Shown piece after piece: positions 34,842-43,765 of a stretch of DNA of 64,000 nucleotides. The DNA lies in NCBI GenBank assembly GCA_000092065.1, contig CP000600.1. One strand, 5' to 3'. A program made the translations under genes and the position numbers. Each line of letters opens with the position of its first letter. The stretch's first letter is position 1. The DNA comes from Ostreococcus lucimarinus (Eukaryota). The notes under the pieces were generated by a model. The model saw nothing but the letters and a program-made list of their open reading frames with translations. It did no database searches and was not told the DNA's origin.

Positions 34842-36342
34842 ATGGCGTCTCTCACGCAATCCGCCGTTTTCGGCAAGAAGTTCACGACCGTGAAGGCGTC
34901 CACGAAGCGGTGCGTGCGCGCGCGCGCGTCGACGACGATCGAATCGCCCGCGCGCGATCGATCGCGTATCCCGTTCGCGATAGGGTGATGGCGACGGCGA
35001 TGGCCGGCGCGCCGGCGCGCGTCGTCGCGGCGTCGTCGCGATCGAGCGGAATTCCGCGCGAAAGGAATTTCACGCGTCGATCGCGCGACGCCGCGAGACG
35101 CGAGACGCGTCGCCGTCGCCGTCGCCGCCGTCGACATCGATCGATCCACGTCCACGATCGCGCGTCGCGCTCGATCTCGAGACTGACGAACGTCGTCGCG
35201 TTCGCGCGTCTCGTCCACAGCGCCACCAAGACCACGGTCGCTCGCGCGTCGATGAACGACTTCGCGGAGAAGGTGTCCAAGGCGTCCGTCGCGCTCGGCG
35301 TCGCCGGTGCCGTGCTCGCGCAGGTGCGTCGAACGAATCGAATCCTCGAACGAGATACGAGCGCGCGATACGGTTGGGGCGTGCGCGCGCGAGGGAGAGA
35401 CGACGCGCGCGGGTCGGCGCGTCGGACGTCGAGTGGGCGTTCGTCGGACGCAGAAAATTGCCCGCGACGCGGACGGCGACGCGCGGCGCGCGCGCCGACG
35501 GCGTCGACGTCGCGCGTTCGCGCGTTCGCGCCATCGTGAAACGCCCCGTATCGCGAGAGATCTCTGGACTGACGAATTTGAAACCCTTTTGTATGCGCAA
35601 ACAGTCTGCGGGTGCTGTCACGTACGACGAACTCCAAGGCTTGACGTACTTGCAAGTCAAGGGTACTGGCTTGGCGAACACGTGCCCGGTCGTCGAAGGT
35701 GGTGTGTCCGGCAAGGAAATCAAGGCTGGTGACTACGCCCTCGAGCGATTCTGCATGGAACCGACCTCGTTCACGGTGAAGGAAGAGTCGCAATTCAAGC
35801 AAGGCGAATCCGAGTTCTCGAAGACGCGCTTGATGACGCGCTTGACGTACACCCTCGACGGCATGACTGGCTCCTTCAAGGTTGGCTCCGATGGCTCCGT
35901 CAACGTCCAAGAGAACGATGGCCTCGACTACGCCCCGGTCACCGTGCAATTGCCGGGTGGCGAGCGCGTGCCGTTCTTGTTCACGCTCAAGGAGTTCACT
36001 GGCAAGGGTAACACGTCCCAGTTCGGCGGCGACTTCGTCGTCCCGTCTTACCGTGGTTCTTCTTTCCTCGACCCGAAGGGCCGTGGTGGTTCCACTGGTT
36101 ACGACAACGCCGTCGCCCTCCCGGCGCGCGCTGACTCCGAGGAACTCCAAAAGGAGAACCAAAAGAACACCGCCGCGCTCAAGGGCTCCGCCGTGTTCAA
36201 CGTCGCCAAGTACGACCCGGCCACCGGTGAAATCGCCGGCGTTTTCGAGTCCATCCAGCCGTCTGACACTGATCTTGGCGCCAAGGTGCCGAAGGATGTT
36301 AAGATCACCGGCCTTTGGTATGCCAACCTTGGCAGCAAGTAG
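34842..36342 (+). CDS. PSBO: Photosystem II oxygen-evolving enhancer protein 1 (PsbO, 33-kDa Mn-stabilising protein) precursor; join(34842..34909,35221..35323,35605..36342)
   Basis: The mature region ([18 protein letters not shown]...[36 protein letters not shown]...[33 protein letters not shown]) is near-identical to Chlamydomonas OEE1.
- Exon 1 is a stromal transit peptide, [23 protein letters not shown].
- Exon 2 is the thylakoid-transfer domain, [34 protein letters not shown].
- Exon 3 begins SAGA|VTYDE.

Both introns start GTGCGT and carry ACTGACG 33-34 nt before CAG. There is no ER signal peptide, which indicates a primary plastid. Confidence 0.9.
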
Positions 36343-36602
36343 ACGACAGGATTACGCTGTATGAGCTGCGCGATGGCGATTTAGTGACGTTGTGCGCGTC
36401 ACGCTGTATGCGAACCGAGTAGTCAATTTGGTGACGTACGAAATAGAGTACCTTAGAATGTGTCGATGATCCGTGACGGGCGGTGTCGCGTCAGCGATTC
36501 CACACGCCGCGATTATTTCGGCGCTTGCGAAACCTGATTTCTCCGCAAAGATATGTAACGAACAGAGTTTCAACTTCCACAATCCTTAAAACGCTAAATC
36601 AT

Positions 36603-37649
36603 CTACTCGCTTCGTCGCTCGCGATAGTATCCGCCTCTCGCAGGATCGAGCGCGGCCAAATTTTGAAACATTTCCCGCGGGTGTTCGTCTCCGAGCGACG
36701 CGAGCGCTAGGAGCGGCCACTTGCACGTCGGCTCGAGATCGCTCACCTCGCGACACGTCTGTCGCTCTCGTTCGAGCAATGATTCACGATCTTTCGCGTC
36801 TTCGATCGCTCGAGCCCGCGACGTGAGCCATCTATGATACATCCACGCGCTCTGATCTTCGGGTTCGGTGTAAAACGCGTTCGAAGCGAGCTCAAACTCT
36901 CGCTCGAGTGTCTCCGCGTCCGCCGCGCCGCGAGATTCCAAAATCGCGCTTCGATAGTGCCACGCGCTGTAATTGCTGAAATTGTTCTCAATCTTCGTCA
37001 GCGTGTACTGCAGCTCCTCATCTACGCCGCGACCGAGTTTCTCCGCCACGAACCGCCTGTACGCCCAGCAATGAAAGTTTCTATCGTCCGCGTTTAACAT
37101 GTCCGCGCACAGCTTTGCCTCGCGTTCGAGCGTCTCTCTCGCCTTTCCCTCCTCCGTCCCGAACGCCTCGATCATCCTTCGCAGGACCCATTTCCTATGA
37201 TACCAGCTCGGATAACTCTTCGGATTATTCCTCAACGCCGTCTCGCTCACCCTGAGTTCGTCGCTCCACCAATCGCCTTCGCCTTCGCCTTCGCCTTCGT
37301 CTCCGCCTTCGCTCGTCGTCGCCGCGTCCCCCGTTCGCGCCTCGATCGTCTCTCGTCGATAATTCCACGCCGTCAAAATCTCTGGACACAAACCTAAGAG
37401 TTTTTCACACGCCTTCATCGACGCCTCGTCTCGCGCGCCGGCCGCGCGTCGTCGCAACACGTCCGTCTATCGCGGTCGAGTCGCCCATCGTTCGCGCCAT
37501 CAGTCAGTCCGGTGTTCGCGCCTCTTTCGCGCCTCTTTCGCGCGCTCGCGTCGGCGCACCTCGAGCGCCTTGAACGCGCCGACGCGCGCCGCGTTCGCGC
37601 GCCGTCGCGCGTCGCGTTCGTCGACCGTCTGTCGTCGTCGTCCGTGCAT
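36603..37649 (-). CDS. RABGGTA: Rab geranylgeranyltransferase alpha subunit (PPTA repeats only, about 317 aa); complement(join(36603..37466,37560..37649)), 87-nt intron
   Basis: Exon 2 carries KSYPSWYHRKWVL, DDRNFHCWAYRRFV, NFSNYSAWHYRSAIL and EPEDQSAWMYHRWL. These match human RABGGTA (KSYGTWHHRCWLL, DERNFHCWDYRRFV, NFSNYSSWHYRSCLL, DPNDQSAWFYHRWL).

The hidden exon 1 on the minus strand reads ATGCACGGACGA..., i.e. MHGRRRQTVDERDARRRANAARVGAFKALE. Human RABGGTA starts MHGR too. The splice is donor GAG|gtgcgc, branch ggACTGACTgat, acceptor atag|ACGGACGTG.

Exon 2 then continues TDVLRRRAAGARDEAS..., aligning with human TQAVFQKRQAGELDES. Confidence 0.8.
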
Positions 37650-37711
37650 GACGACACGACGCGACGACGAGTGACGCCACAGCGACGCGCGTCGACGCCG
37701 CGGCGCGCGCG
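37650..37711. promoter_or_regulatory. Ultra-short bidirectional intergenic region between the RabGGTA (-) and NSI (+) start codons (62 bp)
   Basis: Both ATGs are confirmed and both N-termini are validated by homology (MHGR...; cTP). The 5' UTRs and promoters must overlap. Confidence 0.5.
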
Positions 37712-38541
37712 ATGGCGTCCGCGGCGCGCGCGACGACGGCGTCCGCGGCGCGCGCGACGACGGCGTCCGCGGCGCGCGCGCGAACGCGACGCGCGGCGAA
37801 CGCGACGACGCGAGAGCGTCGACGACGAGGGACGTCGACGACGACGACGACGACGACGGCGCGCGCGCTGAGCGCGCGGACGAGCGACGACGCGGAAGCG
37901 GCGGGGGTGATCGATCCGTATCGTCACGCGCAGGGCGCGTGCGAGGTGAGACCGAAGCGAGCGCGAGCGACGCGATCGAGGGGAGGAGGCGCGACGCGAC
38001 GCGACGCGACGGGCGACTGACGACGCGAGCGGTGCTCGTGAATGGATAGGTGGACATAACGCTGCAGACGACGACGACGGAGAACGGCGCGGTGAAGGCG
38101 ATGGTGTTCAGCACGACGGCGCCGGTGGACGTGCTCGAGGTCGAACGGCTGTGCGCGTGCGCGGGCTGGCCGGATAGACCGCGAGCGAAGTTGAAGCGCG
38201 CGCTCGAAAATTCGTTCATGGTGGCGACGCTGTACGAGTGCGACGTGGACGCGAGCACGGGGAACGTCGGAGAGACGTCGCGAGGACGGTTGGTGGGGTG
38301 CGCGCGAGCGACGAGCGACCACGTGTTCAACTCTACGCTGTGGGACATCATCGTCGACCCGGAATATCAGGGCAAGGGTCTGGGGAAAGCGTTAGTGCAG
38401 CAGATGATTCGTTCGCTCTTGGCGCGCGACGTGGCGAACGTGACGCTTTTCGCCGATCAAGACGTGATTCCGTTTTATCGCGCGCTCGGATTCGTGCAAG
38501 ACCCGGAGGGGATCAAGGGCATGTTTTTGTACCCCGAATAG
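37712..38541 (+). CDS. NSI: Plastid GNAT acetyltransferase NSI homolog (about 235 aa); exon 1 37712..37945 (transit peptide), intron from GTGAGA at 37946, exon 2 from 38050 or 38068 to 38541
   Basis: Exon 2: FSTTAPVDVLEVERLCACAGWPDRP...FMVATL...ARATSDHVFNSTLWDIIVDPEYQGKGLGKALVQQMIRSLLARDVANVTLFADQDVIPFYRALGFVQDPEGIKGMFLYP matches Arabidopsis NSI over its whole GNAT domain.

Exon 1: MASAARATTASAARATTASAARAR... has chloroplast-transit character.

Branch point cgACTGACGacg. Two in-frame acceptors are possible (tag at 38047-49 or cag at 38065-67). Confidence 0.75.
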
Positions 38542-38599
38542 ACTCTCTTCACCACGAACCATGCTGTATAATTACCACAAACGATGAATGAACCTATTC

Positions 38600-39424
38600 C
38601 TACGCGCCACCGAGACTCAAGATTTCTCGCGCCAGCGCTTTGCTCGACGTCGTCGTGAGCTGCTCGACGAGCGATCGTTTCGCCTCGCCGTTCCATAGAT
38701 TGCCGCGGCGCTTCACCATGTCGATGGCGTGCTGGCGAACGCGGTCGTCATCGCACGCCAACGCGTACCGAGTCACCCACGCGGTTCCGGTTTGCGCGAA
38801 ACGCTCGCTCGGCGCGGCGAGTAGATTGCTCTCGCACGCGTCGACGATGGACACGCCAAAGTCTTCGTCGACGAATGTTTGATCCTTCCAAAACGACGCA
38901 AACGCCACGATTCCGCACCGACGGTGCCACAGCGACGCGCCTTTGTCGTGCGCCCACGACAAAATTTTCGGCGCCAACTCGGGATTGTGCTTCCACATCT
39001 TCCGCAAAACCTTCGTCGCTAAAGCGTCCGCCACGGCCCAGTCGCCGACGACGGATTTTCCGCGCAACACGTCGCGTTCGAGACGATCGAGCGTCGCCAC
39101 CGTCGCCAACGCGTTCAACGGTTCGCGTTCGCACAATAAAATCACTCCCGCTTGCTTCGCTTCGCCGTGCGTGTGTCTCAACAGCGCCACGGCGTCGTCC
39201 AACCGCGTCGTCATCGCTCGAGCGTCCTCCGTCTCGCCTCGCGCGCGCTTCCTCGTCGGCTTCGGCGCCACCGCGTCGACGCACGCCCGCGTCTGCGGCG
39301 TCGTGCACCCGTAAAACGGCGTCGACCCTTTCATGTACGCCGTCAATCGCGCTCGGACGCTCGCGCTTCCCCGTCGTCCGAGCGCCTCGCATATCGCCTC
39401 CGCCGTCGCCGTCGTCGCCGTCAT
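38600..39424 (-). CDS. AlkD/AlkC-family DNA alkylation repair glycosylase-like protein (HEAT-like repeats), about 274 aa
   Basis: The C-terminal 270 aa of tracked ORF 38600..40141 carry WKHNPELAPKILSWAHDKGASLWHRRCGIVAFASFWKD...WVTRYAL, the pfam DNA_alkylation pattern (W-x-RR-x-I). Upstream of MTATTATAE (ATG at 39424) the ORF is low-complexity and overlaps the next gene's 3' end. Confidence 0.6.
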   Translation of the reverse strand: MTATTATAEAICEALGRRGSASVRARLTAYMKGSTPFYGCTTPQTRACVDAVAPKPTRKRARGETEDARAMTTRLDDAVALLRHTHGEAKQAGVILLCEREPLNALATVATLDRLERDVLRGKSVVGDWAVADALATKVLRKMWKHNPELAPKILSWAHDKGASLWHRRCGIVAFASFWKDQTFVDEDFGVSIVDACESNLLAAPSERFAQTGTAWVTRYALACDDDRVRQHAIDMVKRRGNLWNGEAKRSLVEQLTTTSSKALAREILSLGGA

Positions 39425-39854
39425 TCCGGCGCGTACGTCGCGCACCGCTCCAACGCTTCGTCCGCCTCCGCCGTCGTCCGCACGCCGTTCAGCACGCGAC
39501 CCTCGGGCAGGAGTTTCACGTTCGGTCCGTCCGCGCACTCGCTCTGGCACCGCGTCGTCTGCACGCGCACGGCGACGCCGAGCTCGAGCTCGCTCGCGCG
39601 CCGCGTCAGCGTCTCGAGCGTCCGCAGCGCGCCCTTTCGCTTGCACTCCTTGCTCGCGCACACCAGGGCGCAGCGATCGACGTCGTCGGCGGTCGCGGTC
39701 GCGGCGCGCGGTCGCGGTCGCCGCGCGCGGGACGCGCTCGAGCGAGGCGCGGCGACGACGCGCGCGAGCGGACGACGCGCGAGCGAGGCACCGCGCATGG
39801 ACCGTCGCGGACGCCGGGACGCGCGGCGGCGAGTGAGGACGAGCGAAGACGCCG

Positions 39855-41840
39855 TTACACCGAAGACGCGGCGCCGAGGAGGTCGTCGCCGTATGCGGCG
39901 AGGTAACGCCGGATGATTTCGTCGTCGCCGTCGTCGTCGTCGTCGTCGCGCTCGAGCGAGACGTCGTATTTGATTCTCGGGAAATAGTCCTCTTCTTCGA
40001 CGTCGCGCGCGACCGCGGCGCGCGGCTCGGCGCGAAGCGCGCCGTCGCCGTCGTCGGCGAGGCGACTCGGCGCTCTGAGACGCGCGATGTCTTCGTCGAC
40101 GAGTCGAAGCGCGTCGTCGTACGCCTCGGCTTGCGCTTCATCCGTCGGTAACTTTACGTATCCCAAAGCTTTCGGGTCGAACGACGGCGCGTCGAGCGCG
40201 CGCGTTCGCGCGTCTCCGTCCTCAGACTCGTCCGAAGCCGTCGCGACTTCGAGTCGCGATCGGCGCACGTCGGCGCTCAAATCTTCCGCCAGACGACGCA
40301 CCGTGGCGCTCACGTCGTCGTCATCCTCGTCGTCGACGTAATTACGACGGCGAATGACTTGATACCGGTCGCCGTCGTCTTCGTCTTCTTCTTCGCCGTC
40401 GACGAACGACGCCGATACGATGGCTTCCCGAAGCGAATCGATTTCGCGTTGAAGAAATTCCATTTGAGCCGCGCGTTGCCGGCGTTCTTCCTCGTACTCC
40501 TCGTCGTATTCCTCCTCGTAGTCGTCGTACTCGCCGTCGTCTTCTTCCGTCGCGTCTTCTTCCTCGCCGTCGCCGTCTTCGACGAAGCCGTAGTGCTCGG
40601 CGCCGTACTCTTGCGGGCGAACGCGGTAGTAATTCGGCACCACGCCTTCGTCTATCGGCGTCGCCCGCGCCTCGGCTGGCTCACCCGGGCGAACGATTAG
40701 ATCCACACCGTACGGAACGAACGGCGAGCTCGAATGCGAAGCGCTGACTTCGTAAAACGCGGGTGCGCTCGATCCGGCGAAAAGACGCGCGCACAAAAAC
40801 TTCCCACGCTGCGTGTGCTTGTTCAGGTGTTCCGAGCACGCGAAGCGCACGCACGCCGCCCACGTCGCGGCGTCGTCCACGCGTTTTGATCCTTGAACCC
40901 AAACGCCCGTGATGGGCTCGTCTTCCGTCCCGCGCGCGGCTTCGCTCAGGAAGACGACGCGCCGCGCGCGATCCAACGTCACGAAACCCGTCGTCGCGCC
41001 GCTTTCGTCGCCGCTCGCCGCGCGCGCTTGCGCGGCGACGGATGCGTCGTTTGTGGCCAATCGAGGCGGATGAATCGGCGTCAACTCAAAGCTACAAGAC
41101 GGCACGTTGATGGCGAACGCCACGCGCAGCGCCGCGGCGTCGCCGTCCCCCCCGCCGTCTCGCGAATCGTCCACCAAAGTCGCCACAGCGCGCGTCGGGC
41201 AATACATCGCCGGACACAGAGGCGCGTCGCTCTCGCACGCGGCGTAGAACGCCTCCCGCAGCGTCTCCTCTCGCGCCCACGCCGTCTCGTGCAGCGCGGA
41301 CGCCGCCGAACGCTCGTCCCCCGAAAAATCCCTCGGCAGCGTCTCCATCGCGATCTCCACGCACCCGTCCTCCAACGCGCTCGAGTAGTGCTCGCAATCG
41401 TCCTCCGTCGTCACCGACACGCGCACCGTCTCGCTCGAGTCTCGATTATCCCCGATCAGCGCCGCGCGTCCCGCTTCGTCGTTCCCTCGCGTCCGCGCGA
41501 CTTTCCCTCGCGTCCCTTTCGCCGCGCTGACCCCATCGCGCGCCGTCGACGCGTCCGCGATCGCCCGCGCCAGCGCGCGCGTCGCGTCACCGTCGAGCCG
41601 AACCGTCGTCGGCGCGCTCGTCCCGCTCGACGCCGTCGTCGCCTCGCCCGCGGCGCTCGCGTCCCACAGGATCCCGCGCGTCGACGGGAAGTTCGCGTCG
41701 CTCGCGCGCGTTCGCGTCTCGATTCGCGCGTCGACGCGCGTCTCGACGCGCGCGTCGTCGACGCGACGCGCTTCGCGTCGTTCGAAGTACGCGCTGTCGC
41801 GCGAGACGCGCGACATGACGCGCGTCGGTGTGCGGCGCAT
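39855..41840 (-). CDS. Acidic protein with possible STIL/Ana2-like N-terminal domain (centriole duplication factor), about 661 aa
   Basis: Segment PITGVWVQGSKRVDDAATWAACVRFACSEHLNK...FLCARLFAGSSAPAFYEV resembles the human STIL N-domain stretch [30 protein letters not shown]...FYEC. This alignment is recalled from memory. The C-terminal half is D/E-rich with coiled-coil character. First ATG at 41840; the tracked start is GTG. Confidence 0.35.
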   Translation of the reverse strand: MRRTPTRVMSRVSRDSAYFERREARRVDDARVETRVDARIETRTRASDANFPSTRGILWDASAAGEATTASSGTSAPTTVRLDGDATRALARAIADASTARDGVSAAKGTRGKVARTRGNDEAGRAALIGDNRDSSETVRVSVTTEDDCEHYSSALEDGCVEIAMETLPRDFSGDERSAASALHETAWAREETLREAFYAACESDAPLCPAMYCPTRAVATLVDDSRDGGGDGDAAALRVAFAINVPSCSFELTPIHPPRLATNDASVAAQARAASGDESGATTGFVTLDRARRVVFLSEAARGTEDEPITGVWVQGSKRVDDAATWAACVRFACSEHLNKHTQRGKFLCARLFAGSSAPAFYEVSASHSSSPFVPYGVDLIVRPGEPAEARATPIDEGVVPNYYRVRPQEYGAEHYGFVEDGDGEEEDATEEDDGEYDDYEEEYDEEYEEERRQRAAQMEFLQREIDSLREAIVSASFVDGEEEDEDDGDRYQVIRRRNYVDDEDDDDVSATVRRLAEDLSADVRRSRLEVATASDESEDGDARTRALDAPSFDPKALGYVKLPTDEAQAEAYDDALRLVDEDIARLRAPSRLADDGDGALRAEPRAAVARDVEEEDYFPRIKYDVSLERDDDDDDGDDEIIRRYLAAYGDDLLGAASSV

Positions 41841-41893
41841 CGGGACGCGCCGCACACCGACGCGCGGCGCGCTCGCGTCGCGACGCGCGCCCG
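41841..41893. promoter_or_regulatory. 53-bp head-to-head interval between the STIL-like (-) and LSMT-like (+) start codons
   Basis: Same architecture as the RabGGTA/NSI interval. The inner ATGs are the first ATGs of each ORF. Confidence 0.4.
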
Positions 41894-43483
41894 ATGACGT
41901 CGCGCGTCGCGCGCGACGTCTTCGCGGTCGCGCGATCGCCGCGCGCGACGCGCGGGACGTCGAGACGGCGCGCGCGATGGGGCGACGCGACGACGTCGAA
42001 AACGCGTCGCCCGCGGACGCGCGCGAGGCGCGACGCGGCGTCGAGCGCGGATCACGACGCCCTGCACGAGTGGTTATCCGCGAACGGCGCGGACGTGGCG
42101 AGCGTGGAGTTTTACGACGCGCGCGCGGGCGACGAGGACGACGGCGGCGACGCGGGGTGGGGCGCGCGAGCGACGCGAGCGCTGGCGCGAGGCGCGAAGG
42201 CGATCGTGGTGCCGAAATCGCTGTGGATCACGCCCGAGGTCGGGATGAACGATGATGAACTCGGGAAGGCGCTGCGGGACGAGGACGTCGCCGGTGGATT
42301 GGCGCGATGGACGACGTTGGCGTTGACGCTGCTGAAGGAACGCGAACGCGGAGAAGAGTCAAAGTACGCGGCGTACGTGAAGACGCTGCCGGAAGTTTTA
42401 CACTCGCCGTTGTTTTGGAACGCGGAGGAATTGAGTGAGATTCAAGGGACGCAGCTGTTGGATAACGCGGCGGGGTACGATGGGTACGTGCGGGGGGTGT
42501 ACGAGACGTTGAGAACGGGGATGTTCGCGAAGCACGCCGACGTCTTCGACGTCGAGGGCGCGTTCAGCGAGGACAACTTTCGATGGGCGTTCGGGATCTT
42601 ACGCTCGCGCACGATGGCACCGTGCGATGGGGCGAACATCGCGCTCGTGCCTGGCGTAGATTTAGTCAATCACAGCTCGTTGAGTCAGGCGAGATGGCGA
42701 GTGAGCGGCGGCGTCGCGGGCGCCGTCGCCGGATTGTTTGGGGGCGGAAAGGGCGACGACGGCGTCTCGGCGCGCGTCGAGTGCGATCGAGCGCTGAACG
42801 TGAACGAGCCGTTGTACGTAAATTACAACCCAGAAGGCACGGACACTTCGTTTGCGCTCGATTTCGGGTTCGTGGACACCATCACCCCGAGCCCCGGGTA
42901 CGCGTTGTCGCTCTCCGTGCCCGAAGACGATCCAAATGTCTTCGACAAGCTCGACGTTTTAGACGTGTGCGGGCTCGGCGAGACCCCGACGTTTACGCTC
43001 CGCGCGTACAGCGATCCAGATCCCGACCTCAGAACGTTTTTGCGATTGCTCAACTGCAAAAATCAGGACGCGTTCTTGCTCGAGGCGTTGTTTCGTCAAC
43101 AGTGCTGGTCGCTCATCTCCGAGCCGCTCTCGCGCGAGAACGAAGCCGACTGCTGCGCGTCCATGACGGACGGCGTCGCCGCCGCCTTATCCGCCTACGC
43201 CTCTCGCGCGTTGGACGAAGAAAAAGCCTACCTCATGTCTCCCCCGAGCGCGCGTCGCGCCGCCGCCGGCGACGACGAGCGCGCGCGCGTTCGCAAGGAC
43301 GTCGCCGTCCGCGTCCGCCTCGCCGAAAAATCCACCCTCATCGAAACCGCCTCCTTCTTCGACGTCATCGCGAGCGGACTGGACGGCATGGAGTACTACC
43401 AAGAGCGTCGGCTTCGCTCGTTAAACTTACTCGACGAAGACGGTTCGAGCACGTACGATCCGTTCAACGAAACCATGGCGTGA
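41894..43483 (+). CDS. SET-domain Rubisco large-subunit / aldolase lysine N-methyltransferase-like protein (LSMT family) with plastid-type presequence, 529 aa
   Basis: LHEWLSANGADVASVEF, LWITPE, FRWAFGILRSRT (SET), then the Rubis-subs-bind region DAFLLEALFR and EYYQERRLRSLNL. These match pea RBCMT (WKWLQEEGV, LWINPD, FFWAFGILRSRAF, DAFLLESLFR, EYYQERRLKDLGL). First ATG at 41894; the tracked start is GTG. Confidence 0.8.
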   Translation: MTSRVARDVFAVARSPRATRGTSRRRARWGDATTSKTRRPRTRARRDAASSADHDALHEWLSANGADVASVEFYDARAGDEDDGGDAGWGARATRALARGAKAIVVPKSLWITPEVGMNDDELGKALRDEDVAGGLARWTTLALTLLKERERGEESKYAAYVKTLPEVLHSPLFWNAEELSEIQGTQLLDNAAGYDGYVRGVYETLRTGMFAKHADVFDVEGAFSEDNFRWAFGILRSRTMAPCDGANIALVPGVDLVNHSSLSQARWRVSGGVAGAVAGLFGGGKGDDGVSARVECDRALNVNEPLYVNYNPEGTDTSFALDFGFVDTITPSPGYALSLSVPEDDPNVFDKLDVLDVCGLGETPTFTLRAYSDPDPDLRTFLRLLNCKNQDAFLLEALFRQQCWSLISEPLSRENEADCCASMTDGVAAALSAYASRALDEEKAYLMSPPSARRAAAGDDERARVRKDVAVRVRLAEKSTLIETASFFDVIASGLDGMEYYQERRLRSLNLLDEDGSSTYDPFNETMA

Positions 43484-43765
43484 GCCGCGTCTCGCGTTCT
43501 CCGCGCGTCCGTCTCCGATTCGCGCGCGCGCGTCGCGTCTTGTCACCATCGCCATCGCGCGCGCATCTTTCTCTTTCTCTCTCTCTTTCTCTTTCTCACC
43601 GCACCGTTCACCTCGTCGCGTTTGTCGCGTCGCGTCTCGCCCTCGCCTCGTCTCGAGTCCCTCCTTCGCCGGTTCGCTCGGTTTAAAGCGACGATCGGGC
43701 GCGCGCGATCTTTCGATGCGTGCGCGACACACGTCGCCTCGCGCGCGGCGCGCGCCGTCGCGGCC

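Noticed and set aside
34076-36162. Long ORFs 34076..35539 (+), 34882..36162 (-) and 35070..35723 (-) around PsbO
   Set aside because: They overlap IMP4 and PsbO exons and introns. Low-complexity R-rich. PsbO and IMP4 explain the locus.
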